Positions 48,136-58,935 are shown, counted from the first letter of the stretch. The stretch: 64,000 nt of DNA from an uncultured Gammaproteobacteria bacterium (GCA_964402565.1 CAYOCJ010000001.1:224079-288078); one strand, 5' to 3'. A program made the numbers and translations. Notes: a model not told the origin generated them from the letters alone.

Positions 48136-48822
48136 ATGCACAGAAAAAAGCCCATCGCAGTGTTTGATATCGACGGAACTATTTTTCGTAGCAGCTTATT
48201 GATTGAATTAAATGCTAAGTTGGTAGCCGAGGGCATCTTTCCGGAAAAAGCCAAAGAAAAGGTTGCCCGTGTGCGGGAAGCATGGCTGAACCGCAAAGGA
48301 TCATATGAGGATTATATTCGCGTGATCATTCGGTTATATGAGAAAGACATTGCGGGCGTATCCATTGCTGCCATCGAGCGCATCAGCTGGTCGTTGATAG
48401 CCAAACAGCAGCAGCACGTCTATGTATATACGCGGGACCTGATCAAGAAATTGCGAAAAACTCATACGCTGATCATCATTTCACTGTCTCCATATGAAGT
48501 GGTTAAGGAATTTCAAAAAGCATACCGGTTCGATCACATATCAGGCACTGCCTATGCGAGAAAGGGCAATTATTTTACGGGAGGCGTCGATCGGACAGTG
48601 ATGCTCGATAAGAAAGAAATTTTGGAAACAATCATAGCGGATCACGGACTATCATTACGAGGTTCTATCGGAGTGGGCGACACTGAGTCAGACATCGCAT
48701 TTTTAAGCATGATGGATCATCCGATCGCTTTTAATCCTAATCATTTGTTATACGCTCATGCAAAACGTAAAAAATGGAACATCGTCGTTGAACGTAAGGA
48801 TGTAATATATGAAATATCATAA
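48136..48822 (+). CDS. HAD-superfamily hydrolase (subfamily IB, phosphoserine-phosphatase-like)
   Basis: Motif I VFDIDGTIF, and the downstream SxS and K...GDxxxD motifs (GVGDTESD). Confidence 0.75.
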   Translation: MHRKKPIAVFDIDGTIFRSSLLIELNAKLVAEGIFPEKAKEKVARVREAWLNRKGSYEDYIRVIIRLYEKDIAGVSIAAIERISWSLIAKQQQHVYVYTRDLIKKLRKTHTLIIISLSPYEVVKEFQKAYRFDHISGTAYARKGNYFTGGVDRTVMLDKKEILETIIADHGLSLRGSIGVGDTESDIAFLSMMDHPIAFNPNHLLYAHAKRKKWNIVVERKDVIYEIS

Positions 48823-49039
48823 GGGAATAGGCCTCCTCAGTCTGCTGATTACTATCGCGATCATAGCGCTCATAAGCAGTATCATTTTAAAGTTTTACTT
48901 TGGATCAAAAACGCCGGCTCAAGAAGTTCATGAAGGGATCGACGCGTTGGATAAAGCAAAGGCTGCAAAAAACATGGCAGATGAATATAATCTGAAACAG
49001 CAGGGAGCGATACAGAACATAGAGAAAGAACAAAAGTAA
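48809..49039 (+). CDS. Small membrane protein with a prepilin-like N-terminus (76 aa)
   Basis: MKYHKG-IGLLSLLITIAIIALI resembles a class III (type IV pilin) signal, but lacks the conserved Glu at +5. Confidence 0.3.
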   Translation: MKYHKGIGLLSLLITIAIIALISSIILKFYFGSKTPAQEVHEGIDALDKAKAAKNMADEYNLKQQGAIQNIEKEQK

Positions 49040-49045
49040 ATTGAA

Positions 49046-49092
49046 ACGCCCCGATACCATACCTGTTGTTGCAGGCACAGTATGCGGGGCGT
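49046..49092. terminator. Bidirectional terminator hairpin
   Basis: ACGCCCCGATAC...GTATGCGGGGCGT. Lies between convergent genes. Confidence 0.5.
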
Positions 49093-49095
49093 CAT

Positions 49096-49521
49096 TCAGA
49101 CAGAGCGGAGTCTCTTTTTTTTCGCGATGGTTTTCGGAGCGCGGCGCTTGGTGCGCTGGGTTTTCTTGATCGTTTTCTTGAGCAGGTCCTCGAGGATGCC
49201 GGTTTGCAGCTGGTCATTCACCGCAAGGAGCGTCATGAGAGAAGCGCTGACGACGAGTCTCCGTTTTTCTTCGGATTTCTGAGGCCTTTCGTCGAAGTGC
49301 GTTTTAGGTGCGCCGGAGAGGATTTCGCCCAAGGCGAACGGGAGGCAGGCCAGATACTCGTTCTCTTCGGCCATCTCCTTCTCGAGCGCTTTGATACTCT
49401 CTTCAGAGAAGTCCGGCAACGACAAGAGCATGTGCCCGATGACATCGGGAGCGATGATCGGCAACGAGAAGATCTTTCGTTTCATGGCGACCTCCTTTCG
49501 TGGTCGTTTTGTGGGTTTCAA
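49096..49521 (-). CDS. Hypothetical protein with a Lys/Arg-rich C-terminal tail (141 aa)
   Basis: Its start overlaps the upstream stop (ATGA). The tail is KKTIKKTQRTKRRAPKTIAKKKRLRSV. The locus appears GC-rich. Confidence 0.45.
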   Translation of the reverse strand: MKPTKRPRKEVAMKRKIFSLPIIAPDVIGHMLLSLPDFSEESIKALEKEMAEENEYLACLPFALGEILSGAPKTHFDERPQKSEEKRRLVVSASLMTLLAVNDQLQTGILEDLLKKTIKKTQRTKRRAPKTIAKKKRLRSV

Positions 49522-49895
49522 TTCCTGCGCCCTCCGCCGAACGACATCGCAATCTTCACATTACAGCCGGGCACATCGGGCCCGATGCTTTTCGCCTCGA
49601 TGACGATCGCGGAGTTGGCGCAGAATTGGTTCGACCGCAGGTGCAGCTGCAATGCGGCGTCCTCGAGCAAGGTGCCTCGCTCGGTGACGGTGGGAATGCG
49701 TTCGCAGTTCCGGTAGGTGATGGTGATGATGAGCGTTTCGCCTCTTTTGAAAGGGCGATTGGGCCGCGTGAAATAGATAGGCGTATCAGCCCATGATGCA
49801 GCCCACTCGTGCTGCGAGATGACCGTTCCGATGATCGCGGCTACTTCAGCTTGTTGCCGATCGTCCAGATCACCGATCACGTGCAGTCGAAACAT
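49518..49895 (-). CDS. Hypothetical protein (125 aa)
   Basis: Strong SD AAGGAG 5 nt before the ATG. A minus-strand TTGACA-16-TAGTGT promoter candidate lies upstream. The locus appears GC-rich. Confidence 0.5.
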   Translation of the reverse strand: MFRLHVIGDLDDRQQAEVAAIIGTVISQHEWAASWADTPIYFTRPNRPFKRGETLIITITYRNCERIPTVTERGTLLEDAALQLHLRSNQFCANSAIVIEAKSIGPDVPGCNVKIAMSFGGGRRN

Positions 49896-49983
49896 CCGCT
49901 TCTCCTTAGGAAATAGGTGTCCGCATATTTGAAAAGAGCAACAATTGACACTAGCAAGACCGCCTATTCTGTCAACTGGTTAA

Positions 49984-50013
49984 AAAACCGCCCTCGTGTA
50001 CGAGGGCGGTTTT
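49984..50013. terminator. Perfect hairpin AAAACCGCCCTCG-TGTA-CGAGGGCGGTTTT (bidirectional terminator)
   Basis: A 13-bp stem flanked by an A-run and a T-run. Confidence 0.65.
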
Positions 50014-50031
50014 AAACAGCATTTCATTAAC

Positions 50032-50523
50032 TTACTGCAGGAGGATCTTCGCGACATTATACGCTGAACCGCATGAGACATTGATGGTATTCGGTATGAT
50101 CTTGCTCGTTAATTTCATCTCGATCCATCCTTTGGCTTTGACCGTGAAGTCCCTGCCGCTCAAGCTGATGACGCGATCGATGGCTGATCTATTGTCGAAC
50201 ATCACCGCAGTGTTATTGGCGAATGTTGCATTTGCAGGAAATACCTGGCACGAGTCATTGATCTGGAAGCGATGGCCTTCATATTGTTTGACCTTTGCCT
50301 CATACGTTTTTCCGGTCGTCGTCTTCACCGCCGGTTTATTGGTATTAGAATTCATAGCCGGAGTCGATGTTGGCGTTGTTGTTGCCATATCCATACTATC
50401 GTTTGCATTGGTATTGATATCGGTCTCGGTTGTGTTGTTTTTTGCAATGACGATAATGATGAGGATCAGCGCGAGTATGCTGACGCCAATCCCTATCTTT
50501 TGCTCCTTGCTAAGTTTCTGCAT
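50032..50523 (-). CDS. N-terminally anchored, Thr/Asn-rich secreted protein (hypothetical)
   Basis: One TM helix (IGIGVSILALILIIIVIA), followed by a T/N/S-rich low-complexity region and a ~100-aa C-terminal domain. Confidence 0.45.
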   Translation of the reverse strand: MQKLSKEQKIGIGVSILALILIIIVIAKNNTTETDINTNANDSMDMATTTPTSTPAMNSNTNKPAVKTTTGKTYEAKVKQYEGHRFQINDSCQVFPANATFANNTAVMFDNRSAIDRVISLSGRDFTVKAKGWIEMKLTSKIIPNTINVSCGSAYNVAKILLQ

Positions 50524-50694
50524 AGTTACAATGCTTAGTTATTTATATCAACTATAGTATTACGCTCAAAAGCACTTCTGACAAGCCCTTCTGGAAGTAT
50601 CTATGGCTGGAACCTGTGGATAACTTTGCCTGCTAGATGAATTTTTCTATGCTGTATTGGCTTTAGGTCAATTTAAGGCTTATTTTATAGGCCC

Positions 50695-50722
50695 TTGACC
50701 AATCGTATAGGTTTGCTATTAT
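50695..50722 (+). promoter_or_regulatory. Upstream promoter candidate P1 (TTGACC-16-TATTAT) in the atp leader region
   Basis: -35 at 50695-50700 and -10 at 50717-50722. Confidence 0.4.
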
Positions 50723-50915
50723 ACATGTGTTGACACCTAACCGTGTCACGCACCTTCCGCCGAAAGGCACCCACAGACCGCTTCACAAAGCACCAAAATC
50801 TTCCCCTCCACCAATCACTCCACGAAGATCCAAATGTTTTACAAGCGGTCTCTTCATTTCCAAGAATTTTTAAACTAAGCTTCACAGGCTTATTTTTTTC
50901 GAAATAAAAAAAGTA

Positions 50916-50944
50916 TTGACCTTTTGGTTGAATACACGTATACT
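50916..50944 (+). promoter_or_regulatory. atp operon promoter P2 (TTGACC-17-TATACT)
   Basis: -35 at 50916-50921 and -10 at 50939-50944, about 70 nt upstream of the atpZ-like start. Confidence 0.55.
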
Positions 50945-51015
50945 ACCCGCGAAAAATAAGATAGCGACGGATCCGCTTCTGCAGTTTTTAAGGCTTATTT
51001 CCGTCAACGTAACAT

Positions 51016-51297
51016 ATGGCTGATGAGAAAAAGGAACTTAATTGGTGGCAGCCAGCGGTAGCTGTTTTCGCGGAGGTTACGGGCTGGATAGTCGTTCCGA
51101 TCATCATAGCGCTCTATCTCGGCAATTACCTTGATGCACGGAACGGGACAACGAATTTTTACTTCTTACTGTGCATCGGTGCAGCATTTCTCATTACTAG
51201 CTGCGGTATAGGCATGGTAGCCATGAAGTACATTCGACAAGTCGAAGCATCCAATAAAAAATCAAATGACAGAAACACCAGTCGCAAGGCCAGCTGA
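51016..51297 (+). CDS. AtpZ/AtpI-like small membrane protein of the F-ATPase operon
   Basis: 93 aa with two TM helices. It is the first gene of the atp operon. Confidence 0.55.
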   Translation: MADEKKELNWWQPAVAVFAEVTGWIVVPIIIALYLGNYLDARNGTTNFYFLLCIGAAFLITSCGIGMVAMKYIRQVEASNKKSNDRNTSRKAS

Positions 51298-52156
51298 ACA
51301 GGGAACATCCCAAAGCCAAGTAGGTCATGAAGTCACCTTATACGCGGAGCCTGTTTTTCATCTCGGAAATTTTACCGTTACCAATGCGCTGTTGAATTCA
51401 TGGGTAGCGGTTTTTTTGTTGGTCATTCTGGCTGCTTTCGTCGGGAAGAAGATTCGAAGAATTCCGAAAGGTATACAGAATGGGGCTGAGATCGTGCTTG
51501 AAGGCGCTCTGAAACTTGCTGATGGCGTTACCAATGACCGCGCAAAAACATTGAAGATCTTCCCGGTCGTATTTTCTGTTTTTTTGTTCATTCTGGTGAA
51601 CAATTGGCTAGGACTGATCCCGGGCGTCGGATCCATCGGTTTCATTGAAATGGATCATGGTCAATCAACATTCGTCCCCTTATTCCGCGGTGCGACAGCT
51701 GATCTGAATACCACACTAGCCTTGGCTTTGTTTGCGGTGATCGCATCGAACATCTTTGGCATTATTTCCGTCGGCGTATGGAATTACTTCAATAAATTCA
51801 TCAATGTGAAAGCCTTGCTTGAAATCCCAGGCAAGATCAAGAAAGAGCCGACGATTGCTTTGGTGAATCCGATCACGTTTTTTGTAGGGATCATCGAGAT
51901 TATCGGCGAGATAGCGAAGGTTGCATCATTATCATTCCGGTTATTCGGAAATATTTTCGCCGGCGAAGTGTTGTTGACCTCCTTAGCTGCTATCCTTGCC
52001 TATGGTTTGCCGATCCCGTTCATGTTTCTTGAGATCATTGTCGGAATCGTGCAGGCATTGATCTTTGCTATGCTGACCTTGGTTTATTTTACCGTGGCAT
52101 CAGAAGATCATGCCAGCGGCGACCATGCGGCGCATGAGGCACAGCCTGCGCATTAG
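51266..52156 (+). CDS. atpB: F0F1 ATP synthase subunit a
   Basis: Conserved SLSFRLFGNIFAGEVLL in the Arg-containing helix. Confidence 0.9.
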   Translation: MTETPVARPAEQGTSQSQVGHEVTLYAEPVFHLGNFTVTNALLNSWVAVFLLVILAAFVGKKIRRIPKGIQNGAEIVLEGALKLADGVTNDRAKTLKIFPVVFSVFLFILVNNWLGLIPGVGSIGFIEMDHGQSTFVPLFRGATADLNTTLALALFAVIASNIFGIISVGVWNYFNKFINVKALLEIPGKIKKEPTIALVNPITFFVGIIEIIGEIAKVASLSFRLFGNIFAGEVLLTSLAAILAYGLPIPFMFLEIIVGIVQALIFAMLTLVYFTVASEDHASGDHAAHEAQPAH

Positions 52157-52277
52157 TAGTTAGCTCGTGATTCGGATCTGCAGCCCATCGATTACACCCA
52201 GGGCTTTCAGTCGAACAGATCGGAGTCAGGTTTAACTAGTAACGAGGCGACGTTAAACAAAAAATAACTCGTCGTAA

Positions 52278-52508
<231 letters not shown>

Positions 52509-52598
52509 TTGATTATTTACAGACTGTCCGTGAAACGTATGAGGCAGTAATCCCGCCTCTGGGAAAAAATAACACGGGCAGCAGTAAGCAATTAATAT

Positions 52599-53093
52599 AT
52601 GGATGAACTTATAAAAACATTTCACATTGATTGGAAACTAATAGCAGCACAGCTGGTAAATTTTGCTATTGTCTTTTTTGTGCTATGGAAGTTCGCTTTA
52701 AAGCCGCTCATGAAAGCAATGACAGACCGGGAGCACACGATAGCGAAAAGCCTCTCTAATGCCGAAGAGATTGAGAAGAAATTAACGGCTACGAATGCTG
52801 AAGTCGCTGAGCATATTCGCGAAGCAAAGCACCAAGCTACTGCAATAATGGAGCAGGCCAAGAAACAGGCGGATGCAAAGCGACTTGAGATGCTTGAGAA
52901 GGCAAAGCAAGAAGTATCGGGCCTGGTAAGTGCGGCAAAAAATCAGATCCAGGCTGAAAAAGAAGAAGCGTTGCGCAGCGCACACCTAGAATTATCAGCA
53001 TTGGTCGTTTCGGGCGTCGAGAAGATCCTTGGCAAAAACATCGATGAGAAAACAGACAAGAAGCTTATCAAAGAACGTTTGACGAAAAAGTAG
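52599..53093 (+). CDS. atpF: F0F1 ATP synthase subunit b
   Basis: One N-terminal TM helix, then a long charged coiled coil. Confidence 0.8.
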   Translation: MDELIKTFHIDWKLIAAQLVNFAIVFFVLWKFALKPLMKAMTDREHTIAKSLSNAEEIEKKLTATNAEVAEHIREAKHQATAIMEQAKKQADAKRLEMLEKAKQEVSGLVSAAKNQIQAEKEEALRSAHLELSALVVSGVEKILGKNIDEKTDKKLIKERLTKK

Positions 53094-53094
53094 C

Positions 53095-53499
53095 ATGTCT
53101 CGAGCATATATTGATTCTATTGCACAAGCATTGTACAGCGCAGCCGAAGGTAAAAGTAAGGCTGAGATTGATGCTATTGCATTGCGAGCCTCTCAGGCGC
53201 TGGCTGTAAAGAGATTGCTGAAGAAAAAAACAGAGCTCCTGGATGCCTTAGAAGAAGTACGATTGTCGCGGGAGAAGAAATTGAAAGCAGTAGTAACCAG
53301 CAAATATGCCCTGTCGTCTAGCGAGCTGAAGCATATTGCAGAGTATATGCGCAGCATTATGAAAAAAGACATTGAGATCTCAAATGTCATCGACCCGAAG
53401 CTGCTCGGCGGATTTAAAGTTCGGTGCGGAGACACGATCCTGGATGCAACGTTGAATAATGCAGTCAAACAATTAGCTCATCATTTAACCACTAAGTAA
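53095..53499 (+). CDS. atpH: F0F1 ATP synthase subunit delta (OSCP), short form
   Basis: Located between atpF and atpA. The C-terminus [17 protein letters not shown] matches delta. At 134 aa it is shorter than the usual ~180. Confidence 0.6.
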   Translation: MSRAYIDSIAQALYSAAEGKSKAEIDAIALRASQALAVKRLLKKKTELLDALEEVRLSREKKLKAVVTSKYALSSSELKHIAEYMRSIMKKDIEISNVIDPKLLGGFKVRCGDTILDATLNNAVKQLAHHLTTK

Positions 53500-53503
53500 T
53501 ACT

Positions 53504-55015
53504 ATGTCATACGATCAACTGGTAAAGAGCCTGCAGAAACAATTAGAAGGATTTACCCCTTCAGCTAAAGAAGAAAAAGTAGGCGAGATCGTCGAGATCG
53601 GCGACGGTATTGCTCGCGTTTCAGGATTATCCCAGGTGGTTTCAATGGAAATGGTTGCGTGCGAAGCAGCGGATGGATCTATTGTCTATGGACTGACCCT
53701 GAACCTGGAAGAAGATACGGTTGGCATTATTTTCTTGGGTGAGTATGGCATGTTGCGGCAGGGCGATATCGTGAAAAGTACCGGCCGCGTGCTTGAGGTG
53801 CCTGTTGGCGAAGCTATGATCGGCCGCGTGGTGAATGCGCTTGGCGTGGCTGTCGACGGAAAGCCTGAGCCGAAGACGCAGCAGTTCTATCCGGTTGAAA
53901 AGATCGCTCCCGGAGTCATTGCCCGCCAGTCAGTGAAGCAGCCATTACAAACAGGCATTAAGGCAATCGATGCGTTAATCCCTATCGGCAAAGGCCAGCG
54001 CGAACTTATCATTGGCGACCGCCAAACAGGAAAAACTGCCGTTGCCATCGATACGATCATCAATCAAAAAGGCCTGAATGTTCTTTGTATCTATGTCGCA
54101 ATAGGACAGAAAGAATCCAAAGTAGCAAAGATCATTGCACGATTGGAAGAGGCCGGAGCTATGGCATATACCACGGTCGTACTTGCCGGGGCCTCTGATC
54201 CTGCGGCGCTATCCTTCATCGCTCCGTATGCCGGCTGCGCATTGGGAGAATACTTTATGGACAAAGGAAAAGACGTGCTGATCATCTACGATGATCTTTC
54301 GAAACATGCCGTTGCCTATCGCCAGGTGTCGCTATTGCTGCGCAGACCGCCAGGACGGGAAGCATACCCGGGAGATATTTTCTATTTGCATTCGCGTTTG
54401 CTCGAACGCGCTGCTAAAATGTCCAAGGAGCGAGGCGGCGGCTCGCTCACTGCATTGCCTGTTATTGAGACGCAGGCAGGGGATATTTCCGCGTATATTC
54501 CAACCAATGTGATCTCCATAACCGACGGTCAAATCTTCCTTGAAAGCGATCTATTCTATAAAGGCATCAGACCTGCATTGGCGATCGGCACTTCAGTGTC
54601 GCGCGTAGGATCAAGCGCACAGATCAAGGCAATGAAAAAAGTTGCCGGCACTTTGAAATTAGATATGGCGCAATATCGCGAGTTGGAAGCGTTCGCTCAG
54701 TTCGGCTCAGACCTGGATGAGGAAACCAAGAAGAAACTTGAGCGCGGCAAACGCGTTGTTGAAATTCTGAAGCAAGGCCAGTACCGCCCGCAGCCTGTAG
54801 AGAAGCAAATTGCAATTTTGTATGCAGTGTCGCGAGGCATGCTGGATGGCATTGATCCTGAAAAGCTGGCAGCTTTTGAAACGCAGCTCTTCGAGCATCT
54901 GGATGCGAATTATTCACAACTGCTGAATGATATCGTAGCGAAAGGTGAGTTGACCGCCGAAATAGAGGAGTCACTGAAAAAAGCAATAAGCGAGTTAGCA
55001 GATTCGTTCGAATAG
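53504..55015 (+). CDS. atpA: F0F1 ATP synthase subunit alpha
   Basis: Walker [19 protein letters not shown]. Confidence 0.95.
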   Translation: MSYDQLVKSLQKQLEGFTPSAKEEKVGEIVEIGDGIARVSGLSQVVSMEMVACEAADGSIVYGLTLNLEEDTVGIIFLGEYGMLRQGDIVKSTGRVLEVPVGEAMIGRVVNALGVAVDGKPEPKTQQFYPVEKIAPGVIARQSVKQPLQTGIKAIDALIPIGKGQRELIIGDRQTGKTAVAIDTIINQKGLNVLCIYVAIGQKESKVAKIIARLEEAGAMAYTTVVLAGASDPAALSFIAPYAGCALGEYFMDKGKDVLIIYDDLSKHAVAYRQVSLLLRRPPGREAYPGDIFYLHSRLLERAAKMSKERGGGSLTALPVIETQAGDISAYIPTNVISITDGQIFLESDLFYKGIRPALAIGTSVSRVGSSAQIKAMKKVAGTLKLDMAQYRELEAFAQFGSDLDEETKKKLERGKRVVEILKQGQYRPQPVEKQIAILYAVSRGMLDGIDPEKLAAFETQLFEHLDANYSQLLNDIVAKGELTAEIEESLKKAISELADSFE

Positions 55016-55016
55016 T

Positions 55017-55916
55017 ATGGCGCAAGGATCACGAGACATTCAGCGAAGATTAAAGAGCGTCCGCAATATCAAGAAGATAACACGGGCCATGGAGCTTGTC
55101 GCTGCTTCGAAAATGCGCAAAAGCGTGAACCGGGTTCTGGCTAGCCGAGCCTATGCTGACGCAGCTTGGCATATGGTCATGGATCTGATGCCGAAAGCTG
55201 ATGCGTCGCATCACCCCTTATTGGAGGAGCGACCAGTGAAGAAAGCGGCGATCGTAGTTATCGGCAGCAATCGAGGGTTGTGCGGCGCATTCAATATGAA
55301 CATAGTAGCCAAGGCTTTGGATCTTGTGAAAGAGGAGCGTTTGAGCCCGGAACAAACTGATTTTATTACCTTTGGAAAGAAAGGAGCTCAGATATTGAGC
55401 TCGCTCAAGAAAAATATTGTCGCTGATTATGCAAAAGATGATATCACTGAAACTGTCGCAGAAGTCCTGCCTGTTTCGATCGAGATCATCACGGGCTTTA
55501 TTGAAAAACGGTATGATGCTGTATACATTGCATATACTGATTTCAAATCAAGTTTAAAACAAGAGCCGCGTATCCGTCATCTCCTGCCGCTGATCAAGCC
55601 GAGCCGTTTTTTGGGCCAGATGGGCGCAAGCCAGGATTCGATGACCGCATCTCACTTTTCGGAATTTCTGTTTGAACCATCGCGAGATATCGTGCTCGAA
55701 TCGCTCTTGCCGCGTTTGATCGAGGTCCAGTTGTATCAGGCAGTGCTCGAATCAGAAGCATCTGAGCACTCAGCGCGCATGATGGCAATGCATAGCGCTA
55801 CTGACTCCGCGACGGATATGATCGATTCTTTGTCATTAGCCTATAATCAGGCGCGCCAGGCCGGCATTACGGCAGAGCTTGCTGAAATCGTTGCAGCGAG
55901 CGCGGCAACCATATAA
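55017..55916 (+). CDS. atpG: F0F1 ATP synthase subunit gamma
   Basis: IQRRLKSVRNIKKITRAMELVAASKMRK N-terminus. Confidence 0.85.
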   Translation: MAQGSRDIQRRLKSVRNIKKITRAMELVAASKMRKSVNRVLASRAYADAAWHMVMDLMPKADASHHPLLEERPVKKAAIVVIGSNRGLCGAFNMNIVAKALDLVKEERLSPEQTDFITFGKKGAQILSSLKKNIVADYAKDDITETVAEVLPVSIEIITGFIEKRYDAVYIAYTDFKSSLKQEPRIRHLLPLIKPSRFLGQMGASQDSMTASHFSEFLFEPSRDIVLESLLPRLIEVQLYQAVLESEASEHSARMMAMHSATDSATDMIDSLSLAYNQARQAGITAELAEIVAASAATI

Positions 55917-55927
55917 TTTTTTATTGA

Positions 55928-57298
<1,371 letters not shown>

Positions 57299-57303
57299 AA
57301 GCC

Positions 57304-57729
57304 ATGGCAACGTTCTCATTTAAAATAGTAACTCCTGAGCGTGTCGTGTTTGAAACATCCGCTTCACAAGTTACCTTGCCGACAGCGCAGGGAGAAATAA
57401 CAGTACTGCCACATCACATTCCATTGGTAAGTGCTTTGGTGCCAGGCGAAATAATCGTCACCGACGCCGAAGGCAAGCAGCAATCACTGGCAGTCTCGGG
57501 CGGATTTATACAGGTGCACCCTGAAAAGTTAGTATTGCTTGCTGACACCGCAGAGATGGCCCATGAGCTCGATGAAAGCAGGGCAGCAGAGGCGCATAAA
57601 CGAGCTCAGGAATTGCTCGCAGCTCCTGCAGGCTCGCATGATCATGATTATGCTGCGTTACAAGTATTAATGGATAAAGAATTAGCAAGGCTGAAGGTTG
57701 CTCGCAAGTATAAGCGTAAGAGTGTATAA
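57304..57729 (+). CDS. atpC: F0F1 ATP synthase subunit epsilon
   Basis: N-terminal beta-sandwich (IVTPERVVFETSASQVTLPTAQGEITVLPHH) plus a C-terminal helical hairpin. Confidence 0.85.
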   Translation: MATFSFKIVTPERVVFETSASQVTLPTAQGEITVLPHHIPLVSALVPGEIIVTDAEGKQQSLAVSGGFIQVHPEKLVLLADTAEMAHELDESRAAEAHKRAQELLAAPAGSHDHDYAALQVLMDKELARLKVARKYKRKSV

Positions 57730-57754
57730 TCCGTCTATGTCTAGCGGAATTGAA

Positions 57755-58255
57755 ATGCCAAAACCTATGACCGAAACATCGTTCACCTACCAAATGCCCG
57801 AGGGGCATATGGAAAAACATCATTGCACGACCGTGGTCGTCGGGTGTATTGATTTTCGATTCCGCGAGGCGAATGATGCATTCATCGAGCAAGATCTGGG
57901 AGAAAAAGATTTTGATACGGTCAATTTTCCCGGGGGCGGCAAGATCTTCGTTGAAGACGGGCCTTCGCGGGACACCTTTGCAAAAGCGATCGAGAACGTA
58001 TGCGTTAATTTGCACGGCGTACAAAGGATCGTCCTGATGAATCATTGGGACTGCGGAGCATACGGAGGCAGCAAGCATTTCCATGACGCGACCGAGGAAG
58101 AAGCTCGTCATGCATCAGACCTGGAAAAGGCGCGCGATTTTTTGAAGCAGCGCTTCCCTGACCTCGAGATCGTCATCGCATACAATAAAGCAGTAGGCAA
58201 CAACTTAGAATACCATGTGATCAAAGATGCGGACGCAGAGGAAGCAGCCGCCTAA
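57755..58255 (+). CDS. Beta-carbonic-anhydrase-like (Cab-type?) small protein
   Basis: CxDxR motif (VGCIDFRF) and HxxCG motif (MNHWDCGAYGG) at spacing consistent with beta-CA zinc ligands. About 166 aa. The start is uncertain: ATG 57737, 57755 and 57809 are all in frame, and the last has a GAGGGG SD. Confidence 0.4.
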   Translation: MPKPMTETSFTYQMPEGHMEKHHCTTVVVGCIDFRFREANDAFIEQDLGEKDFDTVNFPGGGKIFVEDGPSRDTFAKAIENVCVNLHGVQRIVLMNHWDCGAYGGSKHFHDATEEEARHASDLEKARDFLKQRFPDLEIVIAYNKAVGNNLEYHVIKDADAEEAAA

Positions 58256-58279
58256 TTGAGCCGGAACACCGAAAATTCA

Positions 58280-58308
58280 TTGACAGGATACTCTCGCTGG
58301 AGTATCCT
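58280..58308 (+). promoter_or_regulatory. Promoter TTGACA-17-TATCCT with an embedded perfect 9-bp inverted repeat (AGGATACTC-N6-GAGTATCCT), a putative operator
   Basis: The inverted repeat spans 58285-58308, overlaps the spacer and the -10, and lies about 50 nt upstream of the GTG at 58360. Confidence 0.5.
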
Positions 58309-58359
58309 CTTTGATTGGCAGCAAGTCATTTCCACCATCGTTCTTAAAAAGGAGAAACC

Positions 58360-58935
58360 GTGAGTAAACTGATCTTGTCTGGGGAGGATCGTCGTATCGC
58401 GACCGAATGGCGTCGCGGAGAACTGCAGGTGCTCTGCGACGTAAACCCGAAAGAGTACCGGGAGCCGACTGGGAAGGTCATTCTCGTTCCCTGTGCCGAT
58501 GGGCACCAGATGTTCGACATCTGCGAGTACCAGAAGTCGCTGACCGTCGAGGGTCACATTCCCATGGTGCATCCGTTGAGCCTCAACGGAGGACCGCTGC
58601 TCCTGGCGGCCGGCTCGCCGCTGCTGTCCGAGGGGGACAAGGATGATGAGGTGCTGTTGAAGCATATCGCACAGGCGTATTCGATCAAAGGTACGCCGAC
58701 CATCATCCTGTATTCGCATGCGCCGTGCGGCGCCGCTCGTGTCCACAATCTTTCGATCGTGGACGTGGTCGAACTGATGCTCGCCGCCAAGGATCGGCTG
58801 AAGGCCCTCTTCGACAATCTTCAGGTGATCCCGAAACTGCATGTGGACTGGGCGACTGGCGAAAGCCAGATGAAGAAGAACAGCTACTTCGTTTCTCGGG
58901 AGCAATTCGTTGCATGGCGAAAAGTCGCCGCGTGA
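58360..58935 (+). CDS. Second beta-carbonic-anhydrase-like paralog (divergent)
   Basis: VPCADGH and SHAPCGAA align with the CxD...HxxCG motifs of the upstream gene. SD AAGGAG 7 nt before the GTG. Followed by terminator 58963..58989. The coding sequence appears GC-rich. Confidence 0.4.
   Translation: MSKLILSGEDRRIATEWRRGELQVLCDVNPKEYREPTGKVILVPCADGHQMFDICEYQKSLTVEGHIPMVHPLSLNGGPLLLAAGSPLLSEGDKDDEVLLKHIAQAYSIKGTPTIILYSHAPCGAARVHNLSIVDVVELMLAAKDRLKALFDNLQVIPKLHVDWATGESQMKKNSYFVSREQFVAWRKVAA

Noticed and set aside
47171-48202. 343-aa plus-strand ORF covering the zinc-ribbon locus
   Set aside because: It is antisense to a gene with a strikingly regular CxxC periodicity and good SD. It runs through the intergenic promoter region and into the HAD gene start. 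It has the typical look of a GC-rich shadow ORF.
49066-49716. 216-aa plus-strand ORF
   Set aside because: It is antisense to two coupled minus-strand genes that have clear SD and promoter and terminator signals. It starts inside a terminator hairpin. Its Arg/Glu-rich composition is typical of a shadow frame.
50685-50885. 66-aa minus-strand ORF in the atp leader
   Set aside because: It lies across the promoter region and the C/A-biased stretch, with no RBS. It is more likely non-coding leader DNA.
58252-58905. 217-aa minus-strand ORF
   Set aside because: It is antisense to the SD-led, terminator-followed plus-strand beta-CA-like gene. It is Arg-rich and has no RBS.
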